Source: Podarcis vaucheri (taxonomy: Eukaryota). Taken from it: a stretch of DNA of 64,000 nt. The notes below the pieces were generated by a model, which was not told where the DNA came from, searched no databases, and worked only from the letters and a program-made list of their open reading frames with translations. The translations under genes were made by a program, and so were the position numbers. Below, in pieces: positions 36,526 to 49,978 of this stretch (positions are counted from its first letter, which is position 1; the number at the start of each line of letters is the position of its first letter). The stretch lies in NCBI GenBank assembly GCA_965113315.1, contig OZ220372.1; one strand, given 5' to 3'.

Positions 36526-36579
36526 TTAAGCGCAGCTTTTCCTCTTATGATCTACTATTTAGAAATGAAAGATCCTCCC

Positions 36580-36716
36580 CAGGGCTTGTTTTTCAGCTGA
36601 AACTCACTGGAGCTCAGTTCCCGCACCTCTCTGGTGGGTGTCATTGCCATTCTAAGAGAACAAGGGAGGCATTCATGGTGAGTTCCGGCACCTCTTTCTC
36701 TAGAAAAATAGAACTG
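36580..36716. mobile_element. ~130-bp MITE, copy 2, in the 526-nt GRIN2B intron
   Basis: Same family and orientation as 2140-2272. Confidence 0.75.
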
Positions 36717-37015
36717 ATCCTCCCTAACCCTCCAGTCCTCAAATTTCATTTCCACTTATGTTGGATTAACCTAGCCTGAAAACTATACTGGGGCAGTGGG
36801 GTGATGGGTCCACATATAAACTTATTTTTAATAAATAAATAATAGCTACAAAATAGAATAGCCGCTATACACCAGAAGTTCATAGTACAGGTGAGTAACA
36901 AAAAAACGATAGCATTGCTGCTGACTAGTTGTTGTTGTTGTTGTTGTCTTAGAATTAAAAAGGGGATAATAGCTTCACTCAATGGAGGCGCATTCCTAGT
37001 TCCTCATCCAGATCA

Positions 37016-37297
<282 letters not shown>

Positions 37298-39440
37298 TTA
37301 AGAACTCCCATGTGACCTCAGGTAACCAACCACAGAGGAAGCCAGGCTGAACAATTTCTTGGGCACAATAAACATTGAGATATAGGCAGGTTGTAGCATC
37401 ACCACACAAATCCGTAGCATCCTCCAATGGATCTAAACAGGGTGCTAAACTGTAGCTCTCCAGACATTGGTGGATTGCAGCTCCCATTAGGCGCAGGCAG
37501 TATGGCGAATGGTCAGAGATGATGGGAGTCTAGCAACATTTGGAGGGCCACAATTTAGTTAACTTTGATTTAAAGATCCCTATGCAGCCCATGTAAACCA
37601 TTTCATTTATGACTGAACAATGCTTTCTTCTTCAGCTTGTGAACTCAGCAGCATTCCTACCACAACTATGTCGTGAATTAAGAAAGCAAAGCAGACCATT
37701 TCCCCAACCAAGCAGCTGGAAAGATAGCATTAGCCAAAATGTAATTGCTCAAATTAGCTTCAGCCAGGACCCCTGCTTATGGGAAGAATCCCAAAGGCAT
37801 CTTTAAAGATGACAAGTGGTTAGGAGATCAAGTTATGTCTCCCTATGAGGGCAGTAACTTCAGCTTTATGGGGTCCCACTAACCTCAAAAGAAAGAAAGA
37901 AGAAAAAGAATCAGTGCCCAATTGGAAAAATAAATTACTAGTCCCAGCAATAAGGGTGTGTTTGCACCAACTACATTTTGAAGCATTCAGAGATAGAATT
38001 CCTGCCTTGTTCTGTTTGCACCATGAAGCATTTCCTGTCTTCATTGCTCAAATATTTCCACATGGATTTACATAATGTGTAGTTTGTCTTTATATGAGTA
38101 GAAAGGGTGGCATAGTGATATTCCCTCCCCCCCAACAAGAAAAATAGACCCAAAGCTGCCCTGTCTGGTCACCTGGAAATTATCCTTATTTGTTACAGGT
38201 TATCAGGTGAGTAGCAGCCTAGCATGACAAATAAAAACTTTAATTTGCATTCTCCAGGGAACAAACTGCGTATAGGCAGTCCTCCCTCCACCAGTAGAAT
38301 AATCTGATTTCTGGGCAATGTAGAGGAGAAAGGAATTAATAACCTCAAATGTAATGGAAAAATCATAGCTCGCCAGGTGGGTCAGAAGGTTTCTGGGACA
38401 GCAGCAGCTGCACCCAAAAAGAAATTTGTTGAGAAATAACTCACATGGCAAACCAGTTACATAGGTGCAGAAGTTGTATGGAGCCTTTGCAAAATGGTTC
38501 AGTCATGGTTCCCTGGCACCCAAGAATTTAAAAGTTCTATTCAGGCAACCTGAATCATGCCTTGCAGCAAAGCATAAGTGGGGCCCTTACCCTCTCCCAT
38601 TATAAAATGTGCACCAACTAGCTGTACCCTAGTATCCACATCTGCAGGGAGGAAGCCTTTGAGGCACAGCATGACATGTGAAGGCCTCTTCCTTGCAGAC
38701 ATTTGTGCTTTATGTGCAGATGCCAAAGCCATAATGGAAATATATTCGTTGTATGCAAAAATGACAGCTATTGAGCACAGAAGACCCCAAAGAGGTGCTG
38801 TAATTCTCCTCAACTGGTTTTTCCTCATAAGATTGCTATTCTGTCACTGATGATCTAGGCTCCTTCATAAAACACCTGTGACATCAAGAGCAAGGTTAGT
38901 CAGTGTAGTTCTGCTCCCAGTTCATACGCTGATACAGAACATGAGCTGAATCAATGGAATAGGGCTACCTGTGAGTTTACACAAGTATAGTATGTGTGTG
39001 TTTACCATGGAAAAGATGCAGCCCTCATTTAAAAGTGGTTAGGATCCCCAACTTACTAATATTTTTATATAGCAATTAACATTAGGGATTAAGATAATAT
39101 CATAGTTATTTCAATAATAAAGAATTTTAGGTGATGTCTAGCCACAACTATTGCATTGCAGCTTACGGCAATATTTCCACCAGCTAATCTGCTTTTCAGA
39201 AAGTCTGCATTGATGCAAGAAGGGGAAGAATCATTGCTATATTACTTGCACATACGGTATCTAGCCAAAAAGAACAAACAATAATAATAATGGATGAGAT
39301 AAATTGTTCTTGACAACGTTGTGGTACATGGATTACATGCAATGTTTTAGCAGCAGGAATATTAGGGAGAAGGTTCTTCAAATCCCAAGAGAATTACACA
39401 CACAGGTTTACATTAGCAACCTTAGTAGAGGCAATCTTAC

Positions 39441-39601
39441 CCTGTCTTTAATGAGGATAGCGCATCTCCCACCGATCTTTGGTTGAACTTCACCATGTAG
39501 GCGTGCATCAGTTCGTAATTGTTGCGAATGTTCCTCTCTGTACTGCCATTAGGAACTGTCCCAAAGCGGAAAGGTGGTGAGAAAGCATTTGGGTTTTGGA
39601 A
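39441..39601 (-). CDS. GRIN2B: GRIN2B coding exon (161 nt), S2 ligand-binding lobe: [54 protein letters not shown]
   Basis: Manual translation (not in the ORF track) shows the GTVPNGSTE motif. Acceptor ctccag|TTC and donor GG|gtaaga. Confidence 0.97.
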
Positions 39602-40192
39602 CTGGAGAAAAAGAGAGAAAGAAAAGCTCTCAAGTTGTTTTCTCAGTGGTTATTTGAGAGAGAACCAGATTTTCTGGGATATCAAGTTGGTAGTTATTTC
39701 AGAGCTTTAATGGCATGTTGGCAACCAGGCCACAGCATGCCATGCATAAGGACTGTAATCCAAGAAAGCTATACATGTTCATGAAGGAGAACCATGCACG
39801 ATGCAGTAGCTTTATTTGATATTTTCACTGCAACACTTTATACTGCCAAAGAGACAAGAGGCTGAGTTAAAAAGCGGTACAGTGATTCCACTATTAAAAC
39901 CAAAGCAGGGGAAACAGTGAAATCACCTGCTGCATTTGCAACTACATACAATGTATTTCAACTGTAATATTTGTTTTAAAGCTGACACAGAACAAAATAT
40001 TTCCCTAAATAGAAGAATATTTTCTACTTCACTGTTGAAATTATCTTCAAATGTGATTGCCAATCCTGAGATGGCGGATGGAATGACTAGCCATTTTTAA
40101 AAAATCTACACACAAAAGAACATTCTAACTTATAATAGTGGTATGTAGATGAAGAGATGCAGCTATGCAAGTATAATTAGGCTTAGACATCC

Positions 40193-40341
40193 TGGATAGC
40201 TCAGTTGTTTAGAGAGTATGATAATGTCAAGGTTGCAGGTTTGGTCCCCATATGGAACAGCTGTATATTCCTGCATTGCAGAGAGTTGGACTGAAATGAT
40301 CCTTAGGGTCCTTTCCAACTCTACAATTCTATGATTCTATG
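40193..40341 (+). mobile_element. tRNA(Ile)-like-headed SINE with CR1 tail
   Basis: ggatagctcagttg...caaggttgcaggtt head and ggtcctttccaactctacaattctatgattctatg tail. Confidence 0.8.
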
Positions 40342-40870
40342 TAGAATGCTCATGATTCCCATTGGTTGAGTCCACTGGCGTTACCAGTGTCAGGAAGCAA
40401 GTTTAGACATGCATAACAATATCCATTAGTCTACCTTTTTACTTTCTCCTATATAAATTGATTGCTGCCATTTTTTTTCTAGGGAGGAAAGTAAACAGCT
40501 GCATTTGAGGATATTGGTACAGTGAGCGGGGGAAACTCTTTCCCAAAACTGAATAGCCTGGCTCATACTTGTTGGGGTCTCATTGTGTGTGCAGTGGGGA
40601 GTGCAATGCATGTTTGTAAACATAAGTACACTATATTACATACAACCTCATGAGTCTTTAGCATATACAAACTCCCTTCCACTCATGATCATGACCGACA
40701 TTTTACTTGCAATTCTCTTCTGGGACCCAAAGGTAATAATAAATAAAGAATATAGAAAAATACAGCTGATACAGAAGGAGCACCATAATTACACTGGAAC
40801 TAAAACTAGCAACATCATCTGAAAGCCTACTTGGTCTTAATGATTCTCTGAATAGCTGGCATGGTCTGAA

Positions 40871-41002
40871 ACAGGTGTAGGAAACTTTTGCGCCCCCCCC
40901 AGATGTTGCTGAACTTCAAGTCCCAACAAGCAGAGCTGGTGACCAGGAATGATCGGAGTTGAACTTCAGCAACATCTGGAACTCCAAAAGTTCCCTACAT
41001 CT
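40871..41002. mobile_element. Palindromic hAT MITE related to 12800-12935 (further decayed copies near 37438-37560, 49066-49203, 53383-53500)
   Basis: ccagatgttgctgaa...ttcagcaacatctgg inverted core. Confidence 0.75.
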
Positions 41003-44000
41003 GGTCTACAATCTAAATCAGTGAGATCCACATGTATCATCCATTTTAATTCATGTAAATTTAAAATTGCCTGGCATTGAAGTGGAATTGAAAAAATACA
41101 GTGACTCGTCTTCCTACTAAACATTGTAGCATTTTATGGAAATAATTTCTCAAAGAAAGAGTATGCTCTATTGCAAGAGTTTCAAGTTATAAGTTCATGA
41201 ATCAAAAATGTTAATGCAAGATAATGATTTCTTAAGAATGTTTTGCACATTTTCCTAAAGACGAAGACAGAAGTTTACAAATACTTCTGGGAAGTATTTT
41301 CCATATCCACGAGCCCCCTGCAGAATAAGTATGTCTGCGTTAATTCCCTCTGCTGCCTTCACTTTCTTCACATAATGGATTTTGAGTAAAGGGGATTCTA
41401 ATCCCCGTCTTAATTTGATATGTTGAATAGTTTCCATACATCATCCAGGCAAAAGCACTGCTGTGAGTATTCACGTTGTTTAATAATATGCTCTGTGGCT
41501 GATTCAGAACAACACTTCTTCAAGCTTCTGTACCCTCCTCTTCATTGAGGACATCATTATCTAGACCCAGTCAGAAGACCCTTGAGAAATTTCACTTCAA
41601 TAAGTTTTGACCCCACCATCGAGATGAGACAAGAGCATTCCATGCACCAGGTTCACTATGGGCAAATACTGTGTCCGGTAATGGTCATATACATAATCAC
41701 CACTGTATACTGAAAAAATGCTGAACACCTCTCATATATCTACATTGTCCTGGTTCCTACCCAGAACATACCACAATGTGAAATTTAATCTGTTTTAGTG
41801 ATTCAAATTATTGTATGTTCTAATGTATTGCAATTTTTTCCTGACCTTATGGAAAAACTGCAAGAAAGAAAGAGATCTTCAGGGTCCTTGCTTACTGTGG
41901 ACATTCTCAAGCAGATGATTACAGAGCAAACAAAAGTCATTTAATGAAAAATAGAAGTATTAGAGGAAAAATAGATACAAAATTGACAAGATTAGAAGGA
42001 ACTGACAATGAAATGAAGAATGAAACTAAACCCGAGATGATTGAAATGGAAAATGGGAACAGAAATTGCCTAGAGGATCTAGTTGCTTTGGTCCTGTCTC
42101 ATTTCTCAGATATCCCAACAATACTTGCATGGAATTTAATCATTTTCATTGGGACGGCAAAGTTTTAATCCTTCCCCATCCATGAGTCTGACAAAAATGG
42201 CCCTCCACCACAATTAACATTATAAAAAGGTTCCCATTGGCACTAATGGAGCTTGCTTCCAATGCTGATTGCAGTTTAATGGTGGTGTTCTGTGATTGGG
42301 GAGGAAATAGTTAATTGTCCTCTCTTTGTGCATTGTGGTTCCAATAAAACACACACCCTCCTTCCATGCTGGGTGGCAATTTTTCAAAAATTTGTAATCC
42401 ATGCAATTATTGTCTGTTTTGGCTATGAGACAATAATTTCTACCTTCCAGGCCTACAACAGGTGTTAATTAAAATAGCAAAGCTAGGGTGATTGTGTTAT
42501 CCCCAATTACTTGTGTTATGAATGGTCACTTATCTTATCTTAAGCTTCACACAGAATTTTCACAGACCGCACTTTTTGCAGCTCATGGGAATATGGCTCC
42601 ATCTATAACCTCTACCCACATGTGCATGTGTGGCCACACAACTGAATATAACACTTCATGCATCTGTCAAAGTGAATTCTAGTCCATTAAGACTTATGCC
42701 ATAATACACCTTTTAATCTTTCAGGTACCGCAAGACACTTGGTTACTTTTTTCAGTAGCAGACTCACAAAGCTATTTGTTTCGAAGATGCTTCCAAATCT
42801 TTTCTAGGACTGCTGGCATCTCCCTTCATTTGAAGTGATGCTCCTCATTCCACAATGTATTGAACAGACCATATCTAAAGGCAGCAAAGTTTAACTGATG
42901 GCTACAGTACAGAGAACATCTCACTCTCACTCCTCTTATTTTATTTTGGCAGAAAAGGGTAGAAAATGGGATGGCAGCCATCTTGCAGGCCCCTTGCTGC
43001 TCCGGGTAAATTCATCCCTCATAAAACTCTTTTCAGGCTGAACTGCTGTAAGATTTTATATGCTACTTGGTTTACCCAAGTCACAATCAATGCTTTCTGG
43101 GGTTTTATGAGCAGTAAACTTTAGCACTGACAATTACGAAAACTCCTTAAAATCCATACACAGAGAAGTAGTGGTGGGAAAAGTGAGTCGAGATGTAAGC
43201 CAGGGGCCCAAAATCAGCATTAAGAGGTGGAAATTATGCCAAGGGCTTTCAAGTAAATGGAAAATTCCCTCCTCACTGCTGCAGAGAGGCATTTTGCGTG
43301 GCTTAGTAGCTACTTTTGCCAATCTAATAACGGGCACAATGAAGGAGACAGTGAAAGTTGCTTAACAGTCAAACCTGATATTGATATTGTAGCAAAAATA
43401 TCACACCACCCCAATCTCTGAGCAGTGCGAGATTCCAGGGGTCAGGCACTTACCCGGGGTTTGTGTTTCCTTTAGGAATGAGGCATGGTGGAGAGTGTGG
43501 TGTCTTTATGATAATATGGTTTATTGACAAATATATACCACCTGAGCTATGATATAATGGTTTGACTTGTTTTGGGGGAGCCAGAATTGTTGAGCTTTTC
43601 TGGAGAATGCTTTGGCAGCAGGAAGCCTACACACGCAAAAGTCACACCGTCTCTCACAGACGTTGAGTGCCGCACAGCATTTTGTCACCCCCCTCAGAGA
43701 TGGCACCTGAGGCAGACAGCACCCAACACACCCACCTTGCGACGCCTCTGCTTGTAACCATATAAACTATGGACCTATGCGGTGCACACACAGTAAACTT
43801 CTCTTACATGGACACAGCAGTTATATGAAAAGTATACTAGGGTTGCCATATTTCAAACAGTGAAAATCTGGACAGAAAAGTATTCCGTATATGTCTGGGG
43901 AAATCCAGACGTATGGCATCCCTAAGTATACACCATCACTTCCTACTGTAAAAAAATCAGACTGCCAATGTGTACATATAGTTCAAAACTTAGAGCTCTT

Positions 44001-46967
44001 TGAAAATAGCTGTGATCCTTACCAGCAGGGGTGGTACCTTTTTCTGTGGTAATACCAATACCTTCTGCTGGCAGAATAGGTATAATCCCCACCAGTACTG
44101 TGCAGAAATGTGCATTAAGGAATACTAAGGATGGCACGAGGGTTTCTGTGCTGCTAATAGATGGATGGGGAAAAAACATTTACTGGAATACAGGACATTA
44201 AAAAAACTTAGACATGAGAAGCCTGATAAGGTACATTGCACAGAACACAAGAATCCATTCCAAAGGGACAAAATAAAAACCTTTTAGAAAGGCAAAGAAG
44301 GCTTTGTACCTGTAAGCCATTCCAAAATCAATAGTACTTAGATGTGCTTTACTCTGCACAGTAGTGGGTAGGTGGGTGTGGGAAGGGGTGTGGGATCACA
44401 TGTGTTTCAAAGTATCATGCCACATTTTATTACCATATATAAAGTGCAGACTAAATCCATGATCCCAGCACTCTCAGCCCGAGCTGCGTCGCTACACTAG
44501 GAATAACCAACAATAGGCTACAGGTATGTTTGCCAATACACTGAGCCACCTCATGTTCCTAGGGCTGTAGAGTCCAAATCTTGACGATATGACTTCCAGC
44601 ATCTTTTTAAAGAATTGCTAATTGTTCAATCAATGTCAATTGCACCTCTGCGACTTGCAACCACTCCCATCCCCCAGGCACCAGATCCAGCTCTGCAGTC
44701 CAGTGCAGAGAAATCTTGAAAATTAAATGCAAAGATCCATATGATACCAAAACCCTGAGATCTTTGGCTGCAAACTTGACAGGAACACACATAAATATTC
44801 ATCCCCAGTCTGCAGGTTTTGTGTTTGTAACATTGAAGGGAACCAGCTGCCACTCACGTACCCATGGGGCCTAGAGGAGTGAAGGAAGAGACTGGAGAAA
44901 ATGCCTTATTTTTGCACAGAAATTATTCTATCAGAAAACACCCCCCCCCCTCAAGAATAGCCTCATTTCTGCCCCTAATAACTAGTGATTTGGACCAATT
45001 CATTTTGAGCCTGTAATACATGCAAGTGCAATAAGCCTTAAAGGGCCAGGAAAAGGGCTGGCTATGAAAAGAATTTGTGACTCTGCTGCAGCAGAACTGG
45101 GAAAATTAGTGAAAAAGCAGGAAAGCGGCTTCCTCTTCCCCCCAGAAAGCCTTAGCTACCTATCAGGGCCTGGTGCATACCAGGTCATCATAGTACTTTT
45201 GCCAGGCCAGGGAACTAGAGGCTGGAGGGAAGGCTGGGCATGGTGAGGCAGAGACAATTCCGTGGCAGAAACAGCAGGAAGACCCCAAATAGGGAAGCTT
45301 TTAGGGGGTGTTGCATCTTGTCACATAGTGCCATTATGAAAGTTCACAAGGCTTCTCTGCTGGTGGCGTCCTCTTTTGTGCCAGAGTTTGATGATGACAT
45401 AAAGCAAGGAGGCAGAATCTTTTTCCACCCAAAGGCTGCATTTCCTTCTGGACAATCGTCCAGAAACCACGCGCCAGAGATGAGCAGGGCCAGAGGGGAA
45501 AGTGTGCAGGGCAATAAATGTAAAATTTCCTTTGCCTAGTGGGTTAATTTCTACCGATGCTCATACCCCACCACCCACCCACCCTCCAGGCACGAACGAG
45601 GCATCACCAGAGTTCAACAACACATTCTACCGAGGCAAAAACACTCAATGAGGGTGTGGAGCAGGGCCAGTGAGGTGTGTGGCCTGTGAAGAGGGTATGT
45701 GGCCAGGGAGTGGGTGTGGCTTAGGGAGAGTCCTGTGAATCTGGAAGACCGCACATGGCTCCTAGGCCTGAGGTTCTTCACCTCTGACACAAAGGGTGAA
45801 TGCCTCAGGACCCATTGCAGGTTTGAGTACCTTAACACTTTCAAATGGAACAACATGGGAAAGCAAGTATGTCCTCTTGCTAATAGGTCATACGTACAGG
45901 GTGGGTTTTTAGGAACTCTCAGATGTTCTGAACTCGGAATGCTTAAGAATTCTGTTTCATTTGCATTTTTTAAGCAAAGCAACCAGATGTACAAATTGAA
46001 ACAAAGTTATCCTTTGATTGTCACACACCTCCAAACATTGTGGTACTGTTCTCAGCTCAAAGAACTACCAAAAAGCCTATTAAATTGTGTTGTTTAGGCC
46101 AAAGTCTACACAAAATTGTATATTTTAGGATAAAAAGTATATTTTATCTAAAGATAAGTCAAAAAATGTGCGTCCTGTGAGGAAATAAGTAACAAAGAAT
46201 GCAGATTTCCATGCAGATTTATTAAGAACAAGAGAGAAGGCACTTATGAATGCAAAACATGCAAAACTGCTTCTGGGAACATGGCCAACTCCACCACTGG
46301 GCGGCAGATGCTGGAATTAGAGTAATGGGAGCCACCACCATCCAACCATTCCTTCTCAACACCCTTCTCTCTCCTCTGTTGGAAGACAGAACTGGGTGTG
46401 TCATGTGGCTTGTCATGCAACCCCTGCACTTAGGCCTGTTATCCTCAGGTGCAGTGGAGGATGCCAATATTGAAGTAGAATTCCGCTGCTAGTCCAGTCC
46501 ACTTCTGAACACAGAATCAGGAACAGATCATAATTCTATGCATTTACCTGACAGGGTGATGCTGCAAAGATAGCTTCCAGATAGCAGCATCACTGCTGCT
46601 TACAGGGATGGGAAGGGGCAAGATGGCAGCAAGGTTGGGGCTGTGCAGGCACACTGGCAGAGCCAATCCAGTGTTCCCACCTATGCATCCACATAGCCCC
46701 AGCCTTGCTGGTCCCTCACCCCTACCAGTGTGTGGCAAGTGATACTGCTACCCAGAAGCTATTGTGGCAGCTCTGCTCCACTGTGCAAGCCACACCTGCC
46801 TGCAGTTGGTGTGTGTGGATCATCTTTTTTGCCTCAGGCAGCAAAATGTCTTGGGCCAATTTAACCATCAATTATTATTCTGAACTCACTTTAAAAAGTA
46901 AGAACAAATGTGTTCTAAAGAAACATCAAAGTGTAACATTCCAAAGAATAAACATATATAAAAAAAT

Positions 46968-47046
46968 GTCCAGTGGCACCTTAGAGATCAACTAAGTTTG
47001 TTCTTGGTATAGGCTTTCATGTGCTTGCACACTTCTTCAGATACAC
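46968..47046. mobile_element. Penelope-like retroelement fragment
   Basis: ccagtggcaccttagagatcaactaagtttgttcttggtat..gctttc...cacacttcttcagatacac; near-identical to 63008-63089. Confidence 0.7.
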
Positions 47047-48204
47047 AAAGGATACTTTTACGTTCAATGTCTTGGAAAAAACAGAATCAGTTTACATTAT
47101 TTGGTAAGTTATTTGTGAGGCCAAATAGAAAAGATGCAGCATTATTTAGCTATAGCTGCTCTTCTAGACACAGAGGGGAAGCAGCTTTTTAAAATGAAAG
47201 TGTCGCTTTTTAAAGTTTGTCTTTAAACAGTGAACAGAATTTTACATGGCAATTTAACAAGGAAGTTTGCATCTGGGGGATATTCAGCAGGGGTAAATGT
47301 TTGGTGCAGGAGGTGTTTATGTTGCAGTTTTGTCTAGTTTTATCATATCTGCTGTGGACTAAATTAGTGCTGACTTAAGCTCTAGTACAAGGCTGTGGTT
47401 TTGAGTTTCCATAAAGCAGTACTACTGTTTTGCTAGGTGCAGATAATCTCAGGGCTTATTCAAACTCCTGGAAGGAACATGATAGGCAATATTTGATTTC
47501 AACAGCTAAATATAATATTATTGATTTCTGATGTTCATGGTGCCATCAGCAATATCTAAATAAAACAACAAAATTGGCAACAATATGATTGCCGGGAAGG
47601 AATGTGACTATGATAAGTTTTGAAAATACAGCTTTACAAAATACAAAAAATAAACAAACACAGGCATTCTGCAATTATCAGAATGCCAGAGCTCCCAATT
47701 CAATCGTTTTCCAAACACCCTAGAAATTTGAAGTTTGGTTACTCCCCCCCCCCCCGACCTATGAAAAAACAGTTGGTTAATATTTCATCTACCATTTTGG
47801 TTATTATTATTGTCTCTATAAATCCCTCACTAAAGTCCTGTTTAGTGTGAGTTAATGAAAGTCATTGTGGCTAAGATATCTGGAGTTATTTTCTTTTGCT
47901 CACTCACCTGCCTGATAGATGCCACGGCTGCCCAACTGTAGCATGTTACTTACATCTCAATCAATCCTACAACCCAATCCCCAAATACTCTTATTCAGGA
48001 GAAGGTCCCAGTGTGTTCTGTAAAATGTACTCTCTGGTAAATAAGTAAGTTTAGGGGTTCAATCGAAAGACTACTGCCTTTGTGAGAAGAAAAGAAGCTT
48101 TCCTTTACTTTTGTTTGTTTGCCACTTGATCTGCTCCTCATTTCTTTCATTATTGTCTTCTAATGAGCAGTTTGTTGTTATTAGGAACTTACAAAGCTAC
48201 CTTA

Positions 48205-48362
48205 GACGAGTCTGCCCAATGGACCATCTAGCTCAGTATTATCTATGATGGTTGTGGCTCTCCAGGGTTTCAGAGTCTCTTTCCCAGCCCTACCTGAGGG
48301 AGCTGAGGAGCAAACCTGGCCCTGTCTGCACACAAAACAGATGCTCTACCACTGAGCTACGG
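48205..48362 (-). mobile_element. tRNA-derived squamate SINE (Squam3-like)
   Basis: Reverse complement starts ccgtagctcagtggtagagcatctg (Pol III box A) and ends ...tactgagctagatggtcc. Confidence 0.7.
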
Positions 48363-49907
48363 CTGGAGGGCACCAAGAAATCCAGTGAGGGGTGTTTTCC
48401 TTCTACACTGATGCATCGCACACTCAAATGGTGCACCTGTTGCTTCTCTACCTATCACAAAGCTCTGAAACACACAAGAGCCAGTAAGCAAAACAGGCAG
48501 AAACTCCCTTCATCTGTAATTTAGCTTAGTAAGTTCTCATACGTTTTTGCCCTATTGTGAGCTTAAATGGGAATTGCTATAGCTACGGGTGGCACTAAAT
48601 GGCCAAGGGGAAGGGGATCCACCCATTTCCTTGCAGCCAAGGGCCCAAACAAACTTGGAGTCGAGCCTGTCTATACAAAAGTCTATATGAAGGAGGAATA
48701 TTTCATCTTCCAAATGTTGACATGCGTAACTCATGTTGCCTCCAGTGTGCTGAATGTCCCAAGATATGCAACCACATTGCTCAGTGAACTAGAAGCCATT
48801 GTGTGTCCACAATACCCCCTTTTGATATATTCCTTCTGACAGGAATTTGAGATGGAGAGGATCCACCATGTCCTCATCATGAATCTCTGACAACGAATTT
48901 CAACTAAACTGTCACTCCACTTTTTATGTTCTACATAATGATGTTGATAGTGTGCTATCTATTATCACTGATGCTTGTTTCCTGTCTGGATTAGAAAACA
49001 CTTCCCAAATTCAGTGTTCATTTATCTTGTAGGAGTTTTAAACTAGTTTCATGATGTAATGCATTGCAGAGGTGGAGAACCTGTGCTACTTCAGGCCTTG
49101 TTGACTCTTAACTTTCATTAGCCCCAGCCAGGATCTTGGATTGTCAGAGATAATGGGAATTGTAGTCCAACAGCATCTGGAGAGTCATAGGTTCCCATCC
49201 CTGCTATAGCACCTCAAGGCTGTAAGAAAACACTGCATTAAAAAAAACCAACCAAACTTGATTTCCCTTATTTTCCCCGACCTTGCATAACCCCTGCAGT
49301 TTCAAAGTGTTACCCCCTGTATTGTTTTCAACATACATTAACTATGAAGTATGGATTACTGCAGAGGGTGCCAATGTTGGGGGGCAGCGGCCATATCTGG
49401 AATTTTGAGGAAGTTCCGTGGGTGTGTCCCAAAAAGGCTGCTATGGAGTGTGGCACAACAAAAAATGGCTGCCACATCTAAAAGAGTAGAAAAAGTGAAA
49501 GGACCACAAAATTACTTAGGCATCTCTCCCCCCCCCCCCCAGTCAAGAGGTAGAAGGGCACCTGCATCAGTCACCACCACATTCAGTCACAGAGGAAAGC
49601 TCTTTGCACCTCTCCTCTGTTCAGATTTTTCTATTATTGTCTCTTGCAGTTGTTATTATTGTGAATTGCTTTGGTATTCACTGAATGAAAAGTGGCATGA
49701 TGATGATGGTGATGCCTGGACCTCCATTGTAACCTATCAAGGAAGCTAGACTGGATTACCTTTGAAGTCCCTTCCTGTTCTATGATTCTATAATTCAGGA
49801 AGGAGGAAGCTTTCTGACTCCAAGGTCCACACTCCTTCACTGCTAACCATCCAGAGTCCATGTGTCAGCAGAGGGCAGGGCCATACCCTCATACATAACC
49901 CACGTTT

Positions 49908-49911
<4 letters not shown>

Positions 49912-49977
<66 letters not shown>
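49912..49977. repeat. (TC)n(AC)n compound microsatellite
   Basis: Seen directly. Confidence 0.95.
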
Positions 49978-49978
<1 letters not shown>

